Of a stretch of 47,300 nucleotides of DNA, positions 15,101 to 26,600 are shown piece after piece. The notes beneath the pieces were generated by a model, which was given only the letters and a program-made list of their open reading frames with translations, had not been told where the DNA came from and ran no database searches. The number at the start of each line of letters is the position of its first letter. Within the stretch, counting starts at the first letter, position 1. Made by a program: the position numbers and the translations under genes. The stretch is from positions 1 through 47,300 of the IMG/VR virus record IMGVR_UViG_3300006947_000019. One strand, written 5' to 3'. This stretch comes from a virus (Duplodnaviria > Caudoviricetes).

Positions 15101-17634
15101 TTTCTAATCTGACGATCTAGTTTTTCTTTTCTCTCTTTTACTAAAAGCCACTCTTTACCTTTTTTTAACTTTTGCCCATCTAACTCTGCTTGCATACGCT
15201 GACTTCGAGTAATAGCTTTTGTAATAAGCACATTTAATGACTCAAAGTCTGTCATTTCTTCTGCAACAGGTATTTGCTCTAAGAACTCACTATCTGCTCC
15301 TATTTGTAAAGTAGTTATTTCACTAGTAATTTTTCTATCTACGTATTTAAAACGAATATGTATAGGTACAATACGAGATTTTCTAATTTTAGTAACTCCG
15401 TATTGTTCTAATAGTGTTTGTTTATAATGACCTATCTGTAAGTTGTACGTATCCATCTTAACGCTGAATGGATCCTTAACTATCTGATAACCTTTACCTG
15501 GGACCCACTGGACATATCCTCCCTCTATTGACGGAGACACAAACTTCCAGTCATATACCTCTGCAGATCCATCACTGAATACAGCTATAAGGTCAATCGT
15601 ACCACCAATACCTTCAGAAATACTTTCACCCTTTTTTCTAAGGATAAATTGCTCTGTTCTAATAACAGCTTTTTCTTTGGTACCGTTCTCTTTGTTGATC
15701 TTGTCTTGGGTCTTTTTAATTTCCCGTAACATTTTCTTAATCTCTTTGTCTAAGCTATCAAACTGAGACTTTTTAAAAGGAGAGTTGCGAAAGATACTGT
15801 CCAGACTTTGCCCAGACGTACCCTTATAGAAATTAACTAAATCCTCCATGGTCTTATGACCTAAAGTACCTGTTTCTTTCCTAAGAGTAGAATATCTTTC
15901 TAATTCCGTGTTTTCTTTGTCGGTAAGAACGTTTTTTTGTCTTTTTTTTGTTTTCTTGTAAAAATACTTCTTAACTTCATCCGATACACGGCCTATAATA
16001 ACAACTCCTTCGTATTTAGTGCCTGGAATCCCTACATATCTTTCTATTTCCGGCCCGTCTTCTACAAACCAAGGTTGTTTTAACCCTAATTCTTCTGCGT
16101 TACGCGCTGTACTTTGGAAAGCATTTGAAAGTTCATCTAAATTCTGTAGTACTCCTTTTCTAGGATCATCTACAGTATCTGGATTGTCTTGGAACATCTC
16201 CAGTACCCCAGCAGTCTTAGCTCTCCTAACATTTAGAGACTTAAGAATTTCTTTGTTGAGCATTAATGCAGCTGTTCTTGCATATGGATTAGAAAGTACT
16301 CCACCAAACATTTTGTTTATGAAATTCATCACCTTCTGAAACCATCTTTGTGCTCTACTATGTTGTGCATTTGTGTCACTACCCACAGTTTGGCTAACAA
16401 GATTTTGAGCGATAAGTTTACCTATAGCTTCTTTCTTAATCTTGTCAATATTACCTTTATACTGCTCAATATAAAATTCATTCTTTGATACCTCCTTGTA
16501 CACGTCGTACTTCTCTATCATGTTCATCATAGATGTGAATAAAGGACTACCATTAGCCTCTAAAAGTTCTACGATAAAGTGAGCTGCTTCTTCAGGTAAT
16601 GTATCTATACCTGCTTTTCCAGCAATGATCTGTATGATGTTGTTTAGCATGTCAGCCTTTGCGACTGCGTCTACTGCTTGACCCTCAGAGTTTCTAATAA
16701 CAGTTGAAGACATATCAACCTGTACACCTAAGTCTTCCATTAACTTAGACATCGCAGTGTTTAAATCTTCGTTAGCTTCTCTAATATCTGCAGACTCTTT
16801 TTGGTGGTAGATGTTATCAGGAGAAAGTAAATCATTTGTAGTTAATCCTATTACATTACCTTGCGCAAGACGTTCTATAAAAGCATCTACCCCTGGATAG
16901 TTTTTGTGAATTCTTTCTACAACATCTGTTGGATTTGTAACCACTTTACGCACACCTGTTTCTGTACGTAGTTTATATACTTCTTCAACTTCAGCAAGTA
17001 ATGGAGACATATCCGGAGAAGTAAAAGTCCCGTAGTTTTCTGTAGCATGTTTTATTTGGTCAGGCTCAAAGGCTACCATTTGCTCTCCATGTGCAAAATC
17101 CCTAGAGTCATCACCTGCATCCATAAAAGTATCTTCACCAATGAATATACCATCATGGCCTAAACCTTCTAGATCTTTGTGGTGCTCATTTCTACTTTGA
17201 TACTTATTTCCTTCATTCCCAGCATATCCATTCCAAAAATCTTTATAGTTTTTTGGAGATGAGATGTTTAAAAATGTAGGGTGTATATTTATATTACTTT
17301 CTGATAATCCTCTAAACTTAGCCATGTTAATAGCTGCGGACTTCTGGTCTGTAAACCAAAATCCAGTATCAGATTTTTCCTTGTTAAAGATTTCTATAGC
17401 CTCAGAGCTAGCATGGTACACTATCTTAGGTTCTCCATTCTTATCTACCATCTTAGACTCCCCAAACCAATGCTGGAATGTAGGAGTTTGAGTAGTAGCC
17501 CATTTCTTGAGGGCATCCTCTGGTGCGAGCCCTAAGTCTTCTGTTAAGGTTTTATAAAGAATAGAATCTTTCCCGTTAGGAGCTAGCACTTTGGCTACGC
17601 TTCCATTTTCATGTCTTACTATGCTACAACTCAT
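12115..17634 (-). CDS. Large ejected virion (cargo) protein: ART-PolyVal-like domain, degenerate zincin, RecB-type PD-(D/E)XK nuclease
   Basis: APNGKDSILY...TPTFQHWFG; SKMVDKNGEPKIVYHAS...GFWFT...GHDGI...EQMVAFEPDQIK; LPEEAAHF; GTLGH...GTIDLIAVFSDGSAEVYDWK...YNLQIGHY. ATGA-coupled to the RNAP gene. Confidence 0.75.
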   Translation of the reverse strand: MSCSIVRHENGSVAKVLAPNGKDSILYKTLTEDLGLAPEDALKKWATTQTPTFQHWFGESKMVDKNGEPKIVYHASSEAIEIFNKEKSDTGFWFTDQKSAAINMAKFRGLSESNINIHPTFLNISSPKNYKDFWNGYAGNEGNKYQSRNEHHKDLEGLGHDGIFIGEDTFMDAGDDSRDFAHGEQMVAFEPDQIKHATENYGTFTSPDMSPLLAEVEEVYKLRTETGVRKVVTNPTDVVERIHKNYPGVDAFIERLAQGNVIGLTTNDLLSPDNIYHQKESADIREANEDLNTAMSKLMEDLGVQVDMSSTVIRNSEGQAVDAVAKADMLNNIIQIIAGKAGIDTLPEEAAHFIVELLEANGSPLFTSMMNMIEKYDVYKEVSKNEFYIEQYKGNIDKIKKEAIGKLIAQNLVSQTVGSDTNAQHSRAQRWFQKVMNFINKMFGGVLSNPYARTAALMLNKEILKSLNVRRAKTAGVLEMFQDNPDTVDDPRKGVLQNLDELSNAFQSTARNAEELGLKQPWFVEDGPEIERYVGIPGTKYEGVVIIGRVSDEVKKYFYKKTKKRQKNVLTDKENTELERYSTLRKETGTLGHKTMEDLVNFYKGTSGQSLDSIFRNSPFKKSQFDSLDKEIKKMLREIKKTQDKINKENGTKEKAVIRTEQFILRKKGESISEGIGGTIDLIAVFSDGSAEVYDWKFVSPSIEGGYVQWVPGKGYQIVKDPFSVKMDTYNLQIGHYKQTLLEQYGVTKIRKSRIVPIHIRFKYVDRKITSEITTLQIGADSEFLEQIPVAEEMTDFESLNVLITKAITRSQRMQAELDGQKLKKGKEWLLVKERKEKLDRQIRKLQLNQDVKFVLEGVQEELKDTLDNLAVDDEFITEKGKQVINPDYMDLEELQAAHDDVLFYSGFLSTSDYNEYLNNEATEKEKEEYNAIREKTAGFLTNLRSAIEDKLMTRAVDFTENRGIKGIKDFNVSTDFITGKFVTLSKQNNPYLRTLYNIVIDIQHQHRKSVKSLAEEIEDVQEPLLQWGNNNGYKGVKVFDLIINNDTGNLIQKYNKQFFVDRANAIKSGNQTWLEQNTQVDKVKFDKKFPIYRKHQLARFKRKYKGNSKAIDREMLIWDKTHNIVKHPKTAMFSYGGRWFLKATDVHISDEYNKIQNTPALKNFYDFYLEKTAEIEEMMGQELGSGFIANIHKNTMEHLLEDGFKGMSKSVLESLQIREHDLSFGVRDENTNELVRRIPRLYMRPLVDGKGNIDHSLKSRDLGKSLLLLGSAAMDYKLKDDVLPEIQTMQLLLENNIATEIQVDSVTGEILTNISGAAKKIFNSKGTSKVFSEFVDQYIYGSSGVSKDFNVLGLSGTKTLMALKMLHSQTTLGLKTPVAFGAFLAGQFGLRQQASKGVFITPGNLIKAQKALMSANPKMRALAEHFDVYQFDIAEQRANKLSSRLITKHITNDKWFAFLGTADRGIDAIGVYALALNYGLNAEGKPTLLNRLPEGSKNLIDLMEIEEDPKWSSAISNVSESARNRYKVKIGNMDNSGEIQFRQVARRIGDKVKGSMSDEDVALYNNTLFLRLLMHYKSWLPGVAMERFGRTRYDHILEAFDQGTWTTSLGNLGGDITLQQLVNSEVGIAEIISAYGQDLVKVGLDVVTFGYSNSFKVNEKKAKAAFEQWVASNSTNPEFVDRIKNPEQKEKMYQEFLDMKRGNIRSFMMEFRGASLLFMLIMLMGGDWDDDGKKDIRQTWAGRQLYKTLNRAYRETAVFVDPSEFFDSRSGGIPLISMGTNIQKLASNTADTFRDIAFGQNDQKDKTGPFHYVPKFVPGLDAIFNVLEVRESDKIKER

Positions 17635-20600
17635 TGGTTACATTCTTCTTCATTAATTACTTTTTGCGTTTCACCTTCAGTCACAGCATTAAAAGCTAAC
17701 TTCTTACCTTTAATGTGATTGTATTTAGCAGCCTTAGTAAAGTAGCTTGCACGTATAGGTTGAACCATGTGTAAAGTTACAAATTTTCCAGCAGCAAAGT
17801 CTTTGTATGCAGGATTTTTTAACAAATCAGACAAACTTTCATGACCTGTAAGTTGTGCAAACTGTTCTAAAGCAGCTTTTCCAATACCTTTAATTGAGAG
17901 TATCTTTGATGCCTTCCCTTTAGAAATTCCGTTTCTGTTGAAACTTCCTAGCGCTCCTGCAACTTCTACAATCCCATCTCCAGGAGTTCTATACTTCCCA
18001 GGAGGTATGATTGACTTGTCCATTAAAAGAACAGGCTTACCTTTATCTAATATAGCTTCGACCTTTTTGTTGAGGTCTAAAGTGTTAAGTCCGGCCGCAT
18101 TGTCCTTTCTAATAGTGGACCCCGCGTTAACTAAGAATTGCTTCTTACCTTTTAGGGCCAACTCTCTGTATATACCTTTACCATCCTCTGCCTCATCGTA
18201 CAACTTAAACAACTTAGTAATATATTCTTGTTTAGTTATGCTACCTACAGTGGTTTCTCCTCCAGGCATTGAAACAGTTACATATAATTCTTTAGAGTTA
18301 AGATTCATTTCCCCTTTGTTGAAGGCTATAGTCGTATTATCATTATTGAATGCTCTAACAGATGTTACAACTCTTGCATCGTAGTAATTGTTCTGTACAA
18401 AGTTTTCATAGATTACATCTATATTCTCTTCTAATCCATATGTTTTGAATTTAGAAAAGTACGGAGCTAGAAGGTCTATCACTTCTGTGCTCGGTAGAAT
18501 TTGAAAGAATGCAATAGGTGAAAAGTCAAAACCAGACTGTAGTAAGCTAAATAATAGAATGTCTTCTGCTAACTTAGGGCTCATCTCTTTTAATTCTAAG
18601 AATGCATCAGATAATAAGTCTACATCAACTGTTGCCAACTTTTTACTAAATAACTTTAAGTTATCTATATCAAATTCAGGATGGCTAGGATCTACAACTC
18701 CTTGTAACATAGGGTAGAATTCTTGTATTAAAAGATTCTCTCTAAGTATAGGTTCCTTTTTAGCTTGCAGTATTCTATTAGGTAGACTGTTGTCTCCCTG
18801 GAATAGCGGCGCTATCAAGTCAGCTATTTTACCTCTCTCTTGTACTGCAATTGTATTCTGTATTATATGCGAGCCTATGAACGAGTCAAACTTCTGTAAG
18901 TGTGCTACTACGTCGTCCCCTGTGTTTCTGTATTCCGGATTTGTTAATTCATATGCTAACGATTCCATCTTACTAGCTATCTGCAGGTTAAACTCTTTAG
19001 CATCTACTTCCTTAAAGAATGAAGGTGCCTGATCGAACGTCTGCTTAAGCGCTGCTATTAAGTTTGGAGTCTCACTCGACGAGGATGTCATTCTTTCCAA
19101 TGACGATCCCTCAAAAAAGTTACTTTCTTTTACTCTTCTTGACAGAGCTTGTATGTATTTTACATTTGCACCACTTCTTAGTTTAGATGTATCATACTTT
19201 GTAGCATTGTTTAGCATAAACAAGTTATCTGCGTATTCTTTATATCTTAAGAAATCTGCAAGTACTTGAGATTGATAGGTTTTTTCTAAAGGAGATAATT
19301 CTCCATTAGCGTTATTTTCTATCATACTTCTAAGTAAATCTGGTCTAAACATTACAGGCTCAGATCCTTCTTCAAGTTTACCATATTTAGATTCTAATGC
19401 CTCTTTAATCTTAGCATTAGATAGATACGCACTATCATCTTTCTTACCGGATGCAACATTAGCAGCCATAGATTGTTTAGTATCTTTTAACTTTACATAA
19501 TCATCTATAACAGGTTGAGACATAAAGTATAGTAAAGACTTAATAGGTACGCCTGCCCTTAATAAGAACATATGTATAGGAGCATACGATACACCTGCAT
19601 TTATATCAAATACAAAGTCATCTTTTGTAACATCCACATACCCTGAGATATACTCAGCCATTACAGAGTTTACAGTACGACCACCATTTATATCCGCTAC
19701 TCTAGATAGAAATCTATTGTTGTTATCTGTAAAGCCTTGGAAATTTACTGAAATGTCCATTTCATTACTAATTGCAAGACCTACACGTTGAGACTTAGCA
19801 TGCGATGTTGCACTAGTTGCAACGATACCAGTACCACCTAATCCTGACCACATTCTATATGATTGATTAACCATATTTCCAAATGTAAGCATTTCACTAA
19901 AATTCTTTTTATTTATTGCATTTCCTTTATTTCTAAGAACTCTAATCTCATCTGCAATATCTTTAACTTCGAATGCCCCTACAGGAGTAATCAATTGATC
20001 AAAGCTCTCAGGATGCAATAGAACCTCTGCCATAATATCTTGTGCTCTGTTTTGTAAAGCAGCCTTAATGTTTTGTTGTGCTAATGGTAATTTTTTAAAC
20101 TCTTTTAAATCGCCTTTAACTGTACTTTCTTTAGACTCTTCCATAACACGCAGTCTTTGCATGGCGTCACTATTAGAATCATCTAAGTATTGCACTTTGT
20201 TTACCTCTTCTGTCCCCTTGTCGTAGACATAGTTTGGGAAATACAAAGACATCTTATCAATATCATAATCGGAACCTGCTTTACCTACAATTTCTGTTGG
20301 TACCATCACTACTGATCCAAACTGTGGAGGCAAGAAGCCTGCAATTTCAATTGCATCAATAGAGTTAAGTCCTTCCGTAGGTATACGGAATCCTATTAAG
20401 TTTCTAAGTTCAGGGTCAATTCTTGGATCGTTAATGTCAATGTGCTCTCCTAAAAGTTCTTTATACTTGTGGGGAACCATTACTTGCATACGCAATGTCT
20501 TCTCACCCGGAACAGGTTCGTAGAACTTCAACACTTTAAGACGTTTAACTTCTTCCTCTAGTCCTAATCTAGCCCATTCATCAGCATCGTTCTGCTTAAG

Positions 20601-23600
20601 AATTCTAGTTCCTGATTCAAGACCTGTAGATGCTTGTAGCACCATCATGTCTCCAGGCATTTTACGTCGTACTACATTGTTTGTAACTACGGCGTATAGA
20701 AGAGTTTCAATCTTATTCTTCTCGAACAGTTGATTAATAAACTTAACATCTCCTTCTAGTAAAGCTTCTATACCTAGTAGAGTATGCTTAGGAGTATCTC
20801 TTCTCTGTAGCTCATCTAATAGTACATTCTTAAACTTCACAGCACTAGTCATCTTACCATTTACAATGCCTAAACGTTTCTTTAAGTTTGCAAGGTCTCG
20901 TTTTACAATCTCTTCATTAGTAGAGTGCCAATCATTTATAATGTTTTGGAACCCTTTATGCTTAGCGTATCTTTCACTAACTACTCCGTTTTCATAGACA
21001 TTTATAGGAAGCATAGCTGTTGACTGCACCCCCATAGTTGTTTCACTCTTAGTCTTAGGTGCAATTTCTAATTGGATACCTAATTCACTAAAATCAAATG
21101 TTTGAGTATTCTTAGGAGCTCCATTGTCATCTAATTCCATAGGCTTATATAGCCCATTCTCATAGAATGCATCGAATTCTCCTTCCTCATTTTTAACACC
21201 ACCTACTTTAACTACTGATTCAAATATCATATAATCAATGTTATTAGCAGTCATATCATCATTGATCTCCGCAAAGGTTGTCCCCGGCATAAGTTGAGGC
21301 ATAAGAGGGAACAATGCAAACTTGTGGAAAGTTCTAAGTTCAACGTTGTCTTCTACAAATGGTGCAAATACTTGAGGCTTCAAAGGTGGCATGTAAGCTA
21401 TCTCTTCTGGTCCAAGTTCTTCTCCTGCCATAATTTTTTGATACACATTCTCTTGCTCGTCGCTCCACTTCCCTACACGCCATAGTAAACTTCTATAAGC
21501 ATCTAGGTGAATAAATCCTCCACCATCAAACTCTTCCATGTCTGTATACGCTTCTTGTATAGATTTAGTGTTTGCATCAGGGTTAAGTGCTAATACCGCA
21601 GCTATATACTTGTTTAGATATGGAGAATCAACTTTTACATCCGCTCTATGTGCTACAACTAATTTCTCATTATGATCCTTAGTGTGTCCTAGATTAGGCA
21701 TATTAGTGTTCATCCATGCTAACAGTTCAGCGTTAGATGTAGGGTACGTTTTAGTACCAGACATACCAGCTGTTCTTTTAAACAAGTCTGTGTATAGTGC
21801 AAGATCTCCTAATAGTAATTTAGCTTGTTCATTCACACCTATCATATGAAGGTATGTAAGTTGGCTAGCTAATCCCATAAAGGTTTGCATGTCCATGTCA
21901 ACCCCATTCTCGTTCTTATCTCTGTAAACTTTTTGAACCTGTGTAACTACTTTATTTTCGATACCTACATTCTTATACCTACCTTTACTGTACGCCATTC
22001 CAAATTCTGTATCCTCTGCTACACCCTCAGAGATCTCCTGCACAACTCCAAGGTCTATTAAAGCCTGGAAGTTTCTAAGTGTTTCTGCTGCTACAAAAGA
22101 TTTGATGGCAGCTTTGTTCTGCTTTAATATATCTTCAATTTTAGACTCTGTTGTAGCTTTTTTAAGTTGGCTAGTAGGAACAGATACTATACCATTAAAG
22201 AATCTTAAGTTCTTACCTTGTTTGTCAAGACCTTTAATTCTGTTAAGCCTAGACTTAGGATTTCTAAGTTGCTTACCTGCTAAACGTATCTCATCTGCTA
22301 GGTACCCTTGAAGGACAGCTACTATCTTACCCTCAGACATTCTAAAGTCAGGTGTCAACCCGTCTAAACTGAATGCATACTCAGTCTTCTTGTCCGACGT
22401 ACGTATTACAGGATGTATACCTTGTAATATTAAGTTAGCATGTAGCGCTGCTATATCAGAAGGGCTTGTCTTAGATATATGCTTTGCTCTACCTCCTACT
22501 TTGTTCTCTTTCGCTCCTTCAATTACATGGACCTTAAAGTCTAGTAATGGATTATCACGTTTAGATTGTAACCAGTACGAACCTTTATAGTTATCAAACT
22601 CTAATGCTGCTTCCACTGCTTCAGAGCTACTATTGTATTTCTCAGCTATGTTATCCATAGAAGTCTTTAGGGTAATACCATAAGCAGTCTTACCTTCAGG
22701 AGTTCTATGTTGTAAATCAATAGCTTGTGTAGTGTTCGCTAACTCTACTTCCACTAAGGTGTTTATGTTAGCTTGTATGTCACCTTCTAGTATAGCGGTC
22801 ATATCTGCATTAGCAGAAAGCTCTTCTAGTACATACTTAACAGCATTGGATACTTCTACTTCGTCTTCATATTCCTCAATGAATGCAGGAACATTAGAAA
22901 ACTTAATTCCAATAACAGACAGTACTTTGCTAGCCTGTTCTCCCGTCATAGGGGTAGTAGACCATTCCTTAATAGACTTACCTTCGTAAATCTTCTTATT
23001 TATATTAACTACAAGTTTACCTTTAACCATTTTACCTACGCCTGCTCTCAGTACGTCTTTAAAATTAAGTTCCCAAGCTCTCTTTATTTGTGTATTTACT
23101 CTATCACTATTACTGTTAATCAAAGTCTTACTACCGTCACTAGAGATCAAACTCATCAGGAACTCGTTGTTAGATTGATTAAACTGCATAAGGAATTGCG
23201 TAAGCATTTTAATCTTAGGCCCGGATAGTGTTTGCAGGTCTTTATTTAAGCCTAGTCTCCCTAATAAGAAAGCTATCTCTTTTCTATTATTCTGTAAAGA
23301 CACTAACTTAGGAAGTATCTCATTTTCTTGCATACCTGCTAGCTCATTATACAGATACGCCATAGTATTACCAAAATCTGCAAGCCTTGGCATACCGCTA
23401 GTGTTAACCTCACTTTTAGGTAAAGTAGATAACAATAACTTTAATGGCAATGGCATTGAAGTGTTAGGGTTAATCTCATGCGCCGCGATACCGTGAAGAC
23501 TATCTCTAGTTTCTGTGTCTTCTTCGAAGGTAGCTTTAACTTCTGAGTCTAAAGTAATACTCCACTTCTCTAAATATGCTATGTGCTCTTTAATTAAGAA

Positions 23601-26600
23601 CGTCCAGTTATTTGTAACTTCTATTCTTGTTCTTCTAAGTATATCAAGCTTTCTACGTGTTTCAGGAGTATCAGGCTGCTCTTTTAACCCTCTTACTTCC
23701 TTGTTTATAGAACCAATAAGTCGTGAGTACACTTTGCCTCTTCCTTTATTTGGTCCTCCGTATAATGACAGGATATGTCCAGTTATCTTTGGCAGCTTAC
23801 CTTTACTGAAGAAGTCTTCAACTGTGAAGAAGTCTTTCTCTGCTGCTAATTGGAATACGTGAGCAGTCATTCCTTCCATTGAGTTTCTATTCAATGTAGG
23901 AGAAATAGTCTGCATCGTCATATATGCTTCTGAAGTAGTATTCAGTATACTTACCTCTGTGGAAGGTTGTGAATAGAATCCATTGTCGATGTTAGTAAAC
24001 AACTCCTCTACCTTTGTAGGGTCCGAGAAGAAAGATATAAGACGTAACATTCTGTCAAACATTCTTTGTATGAAAGACTTCTTAACACGTGAACCTACAT
24101 TGTATAGCCCATCTGACATTACATACTCTCTAAACTCTTCTGCTAACCATTCATCTGCTTCTTTATCTGTAAATGTAGATAAGGCTTTCATTTCACCTTT
24201 AAAAGTCATTGCCTTACCTGTACGGTTTCTAACTTCCGCGTAAAGCGCTCCTCGCTCTGCAGGGGTTAAGAACTTTAATGTAATAGCATGATAAGACTCG
24301 TGATATACTACCCCGGATACGTTCATCATATCAGATAGAAGTATCTTACTATTCTTAGTGAACTTACCAATACCCTTACCATCAATCAATCCTCTAACCA
24401 TCTCTATAGAGATTAAGTCCGTAGGCATGTTAGCCTCAAACCAAGCTAGTTGAGTTTCTAAATCTATACCTTCCGTAGCTTCGAATCTATCAAGCATGAA
24501 TGGGCTATCGTCTGAGTCGTCTCCAATATCATCAAATGCGTCATCCTGTGCGTCGACGTCTGCTGAATCTATAGTAGTATCATTACCATCAGATTGTTCA
24601 AATCCAAATTTCTTACCTCCGTTTGGTACCACAGTAGGGTCAACTACCTTTCCACCAACACTTTCAATAGCACTAGAGTCAACAACTTGATTTTCGTTTA
24701 CCGCAGCAGTTAGTCCTGGAACCTCTAGCCCAGCATGTCTAAGTATAGCAATATAAAGCTCATTAACCTTGTACTCATCTAGCCCTGGTTTAAGAGCATC
24801 TACTACATTAGGGACATTTATGGTAAATGTAGACCCAGGTTCATACACTTTACCATCGTATTCAATTGTTTCGTTAACTGTAAAAGTTAACTCTTCTGGT
24901 GCTCCTTGTATCTGCTCTACAATAGCTGCAAACTCTTCGTCGTTAAGTGGACTTTGAGTTGTCTCTACCACTTCTCCATTCTCATTTACCGTAGTATCTG
25001 AATTATCTACATATGGATCAGGTCTGCTATCATTTGCGTTATCAGCAGCGTCGTCCATTTCAGAAGTAGACTTCAAAGATCCTACACCTGTAATACCATG
25101 CTTCATGTACATGTTTCTGTACTGCGGAGCATTCTTCTCGCCGTCCTTCTTGGTAACCATGTCTACTTTAACAGGGATGTCGGACTTATCCGCTCTACCT
25201 GCACCAGACAATAAAAACTCAGTGTAGTTATTCCACTCTTTAGTTTCAACTGTTAAGTCATCATTTACTGTAACCTCTATAAATGGATCATACTCAATTA
25301 CTGATTTTTTGTACTTCTTACCTTTAGACTTCTTTCTTTTCTTGTTATTCTCAGTTCTTGTTGTAGACCTTGCTTTGCTATCTTTATCTAAAGTGTTAGC
25401 ATTAACATGTGTCATCAGGTCACCTAAGAATTCCTTAAGTTGCCCATTAATTCCTTCCGCTTTCTCTGGGAATGCAAGATCCTGGAACGTAATGTATTTG
25501 TCTCCAAATACTACTGTGTCATTTTCAAAGTATATAGAGAATTGTGTAAGGGTTCTTTCTTTTGCAGACTTACCAAAGAATATAATGTCTTTTAAAATAG
25601 CCTGCACACCTTTGTTAGCATCACCAGGATGCATAACTTCTTCTTTAGTGGCTGTACCAGCTTTTATTGCTACATCACCTTGAGCAAAAACTCTAAGTAA
25701 GTTATATACATTCTGCTGCTGAGACTCAGAAAGAGTACTTAGGGATCCTTTTACAAGGTTTCCATTGTATCCTTTAGAATCATTAGTAGTGCTAAAGCTT
25801 CCGGCAGCCATATAAATAAATCCGTTCTTAACAGACCATTGTTGGTTACCTACCGTGATAACAGTTCTACCTCCAGGGCGTTTGTTGGTATCCTTAGCTT
25901 TTGCACTTGTTGCAACTTTTAAATCTATGTGTTGTACTTCTTGTTCTTTTTCTACAACTCTGTGTAGCGCTCCGCCAGGACCGTCGGGTGATAAAACAGG
26001 AACACCTTTACCTTTACCTTTAATGTAAGTATACATTGGTTGGGTAACTGTATTTACAATATCCGAACGTACTTTCTTATACTTCTCAGATTCAGCAAGT
26101 ACGGCTTCTTTAGGGGTCCCATCTTCTTTAAGATCCTTGTCAGATGCATATCTGTATTTACCATCAGCGTCAAATAGCGACGAAGTAGGTAAACTAGTAT
26201 AAACTATACCTCCATCAAACTGTACAGGCTGTAGATTACTATCTACAACGATAACTTTAATATCATCTAACTCTGTATCTGTATTCGCAGTAAGGTTGGA
26301 TACCTTTCTGTACGGGTCATTCTTAGCTGAGCTATCATAGAAGATAACATCATCAGCTAGCTCTGCATTTACTACGTTATTCTTAGTTACTACGAGTAAT
26401 CTGTATCCGGTCTTAGAAGACCAGTCAGTAAGTTCCTCGTTGAACTTGTAGAATCTCGTTTGAGCTTGAGCATGCTGTAGTTGTAGCTTCTCCTGTGGAG
26501 ATAAATCCTCTTTATTCTCCAACTCTTCCACTGTAGCTAATGCAGCTACGTGATTACCTGCTGTTTTTAAGAAAGGCAGTGCAAGTACAGAAGGTGCATA

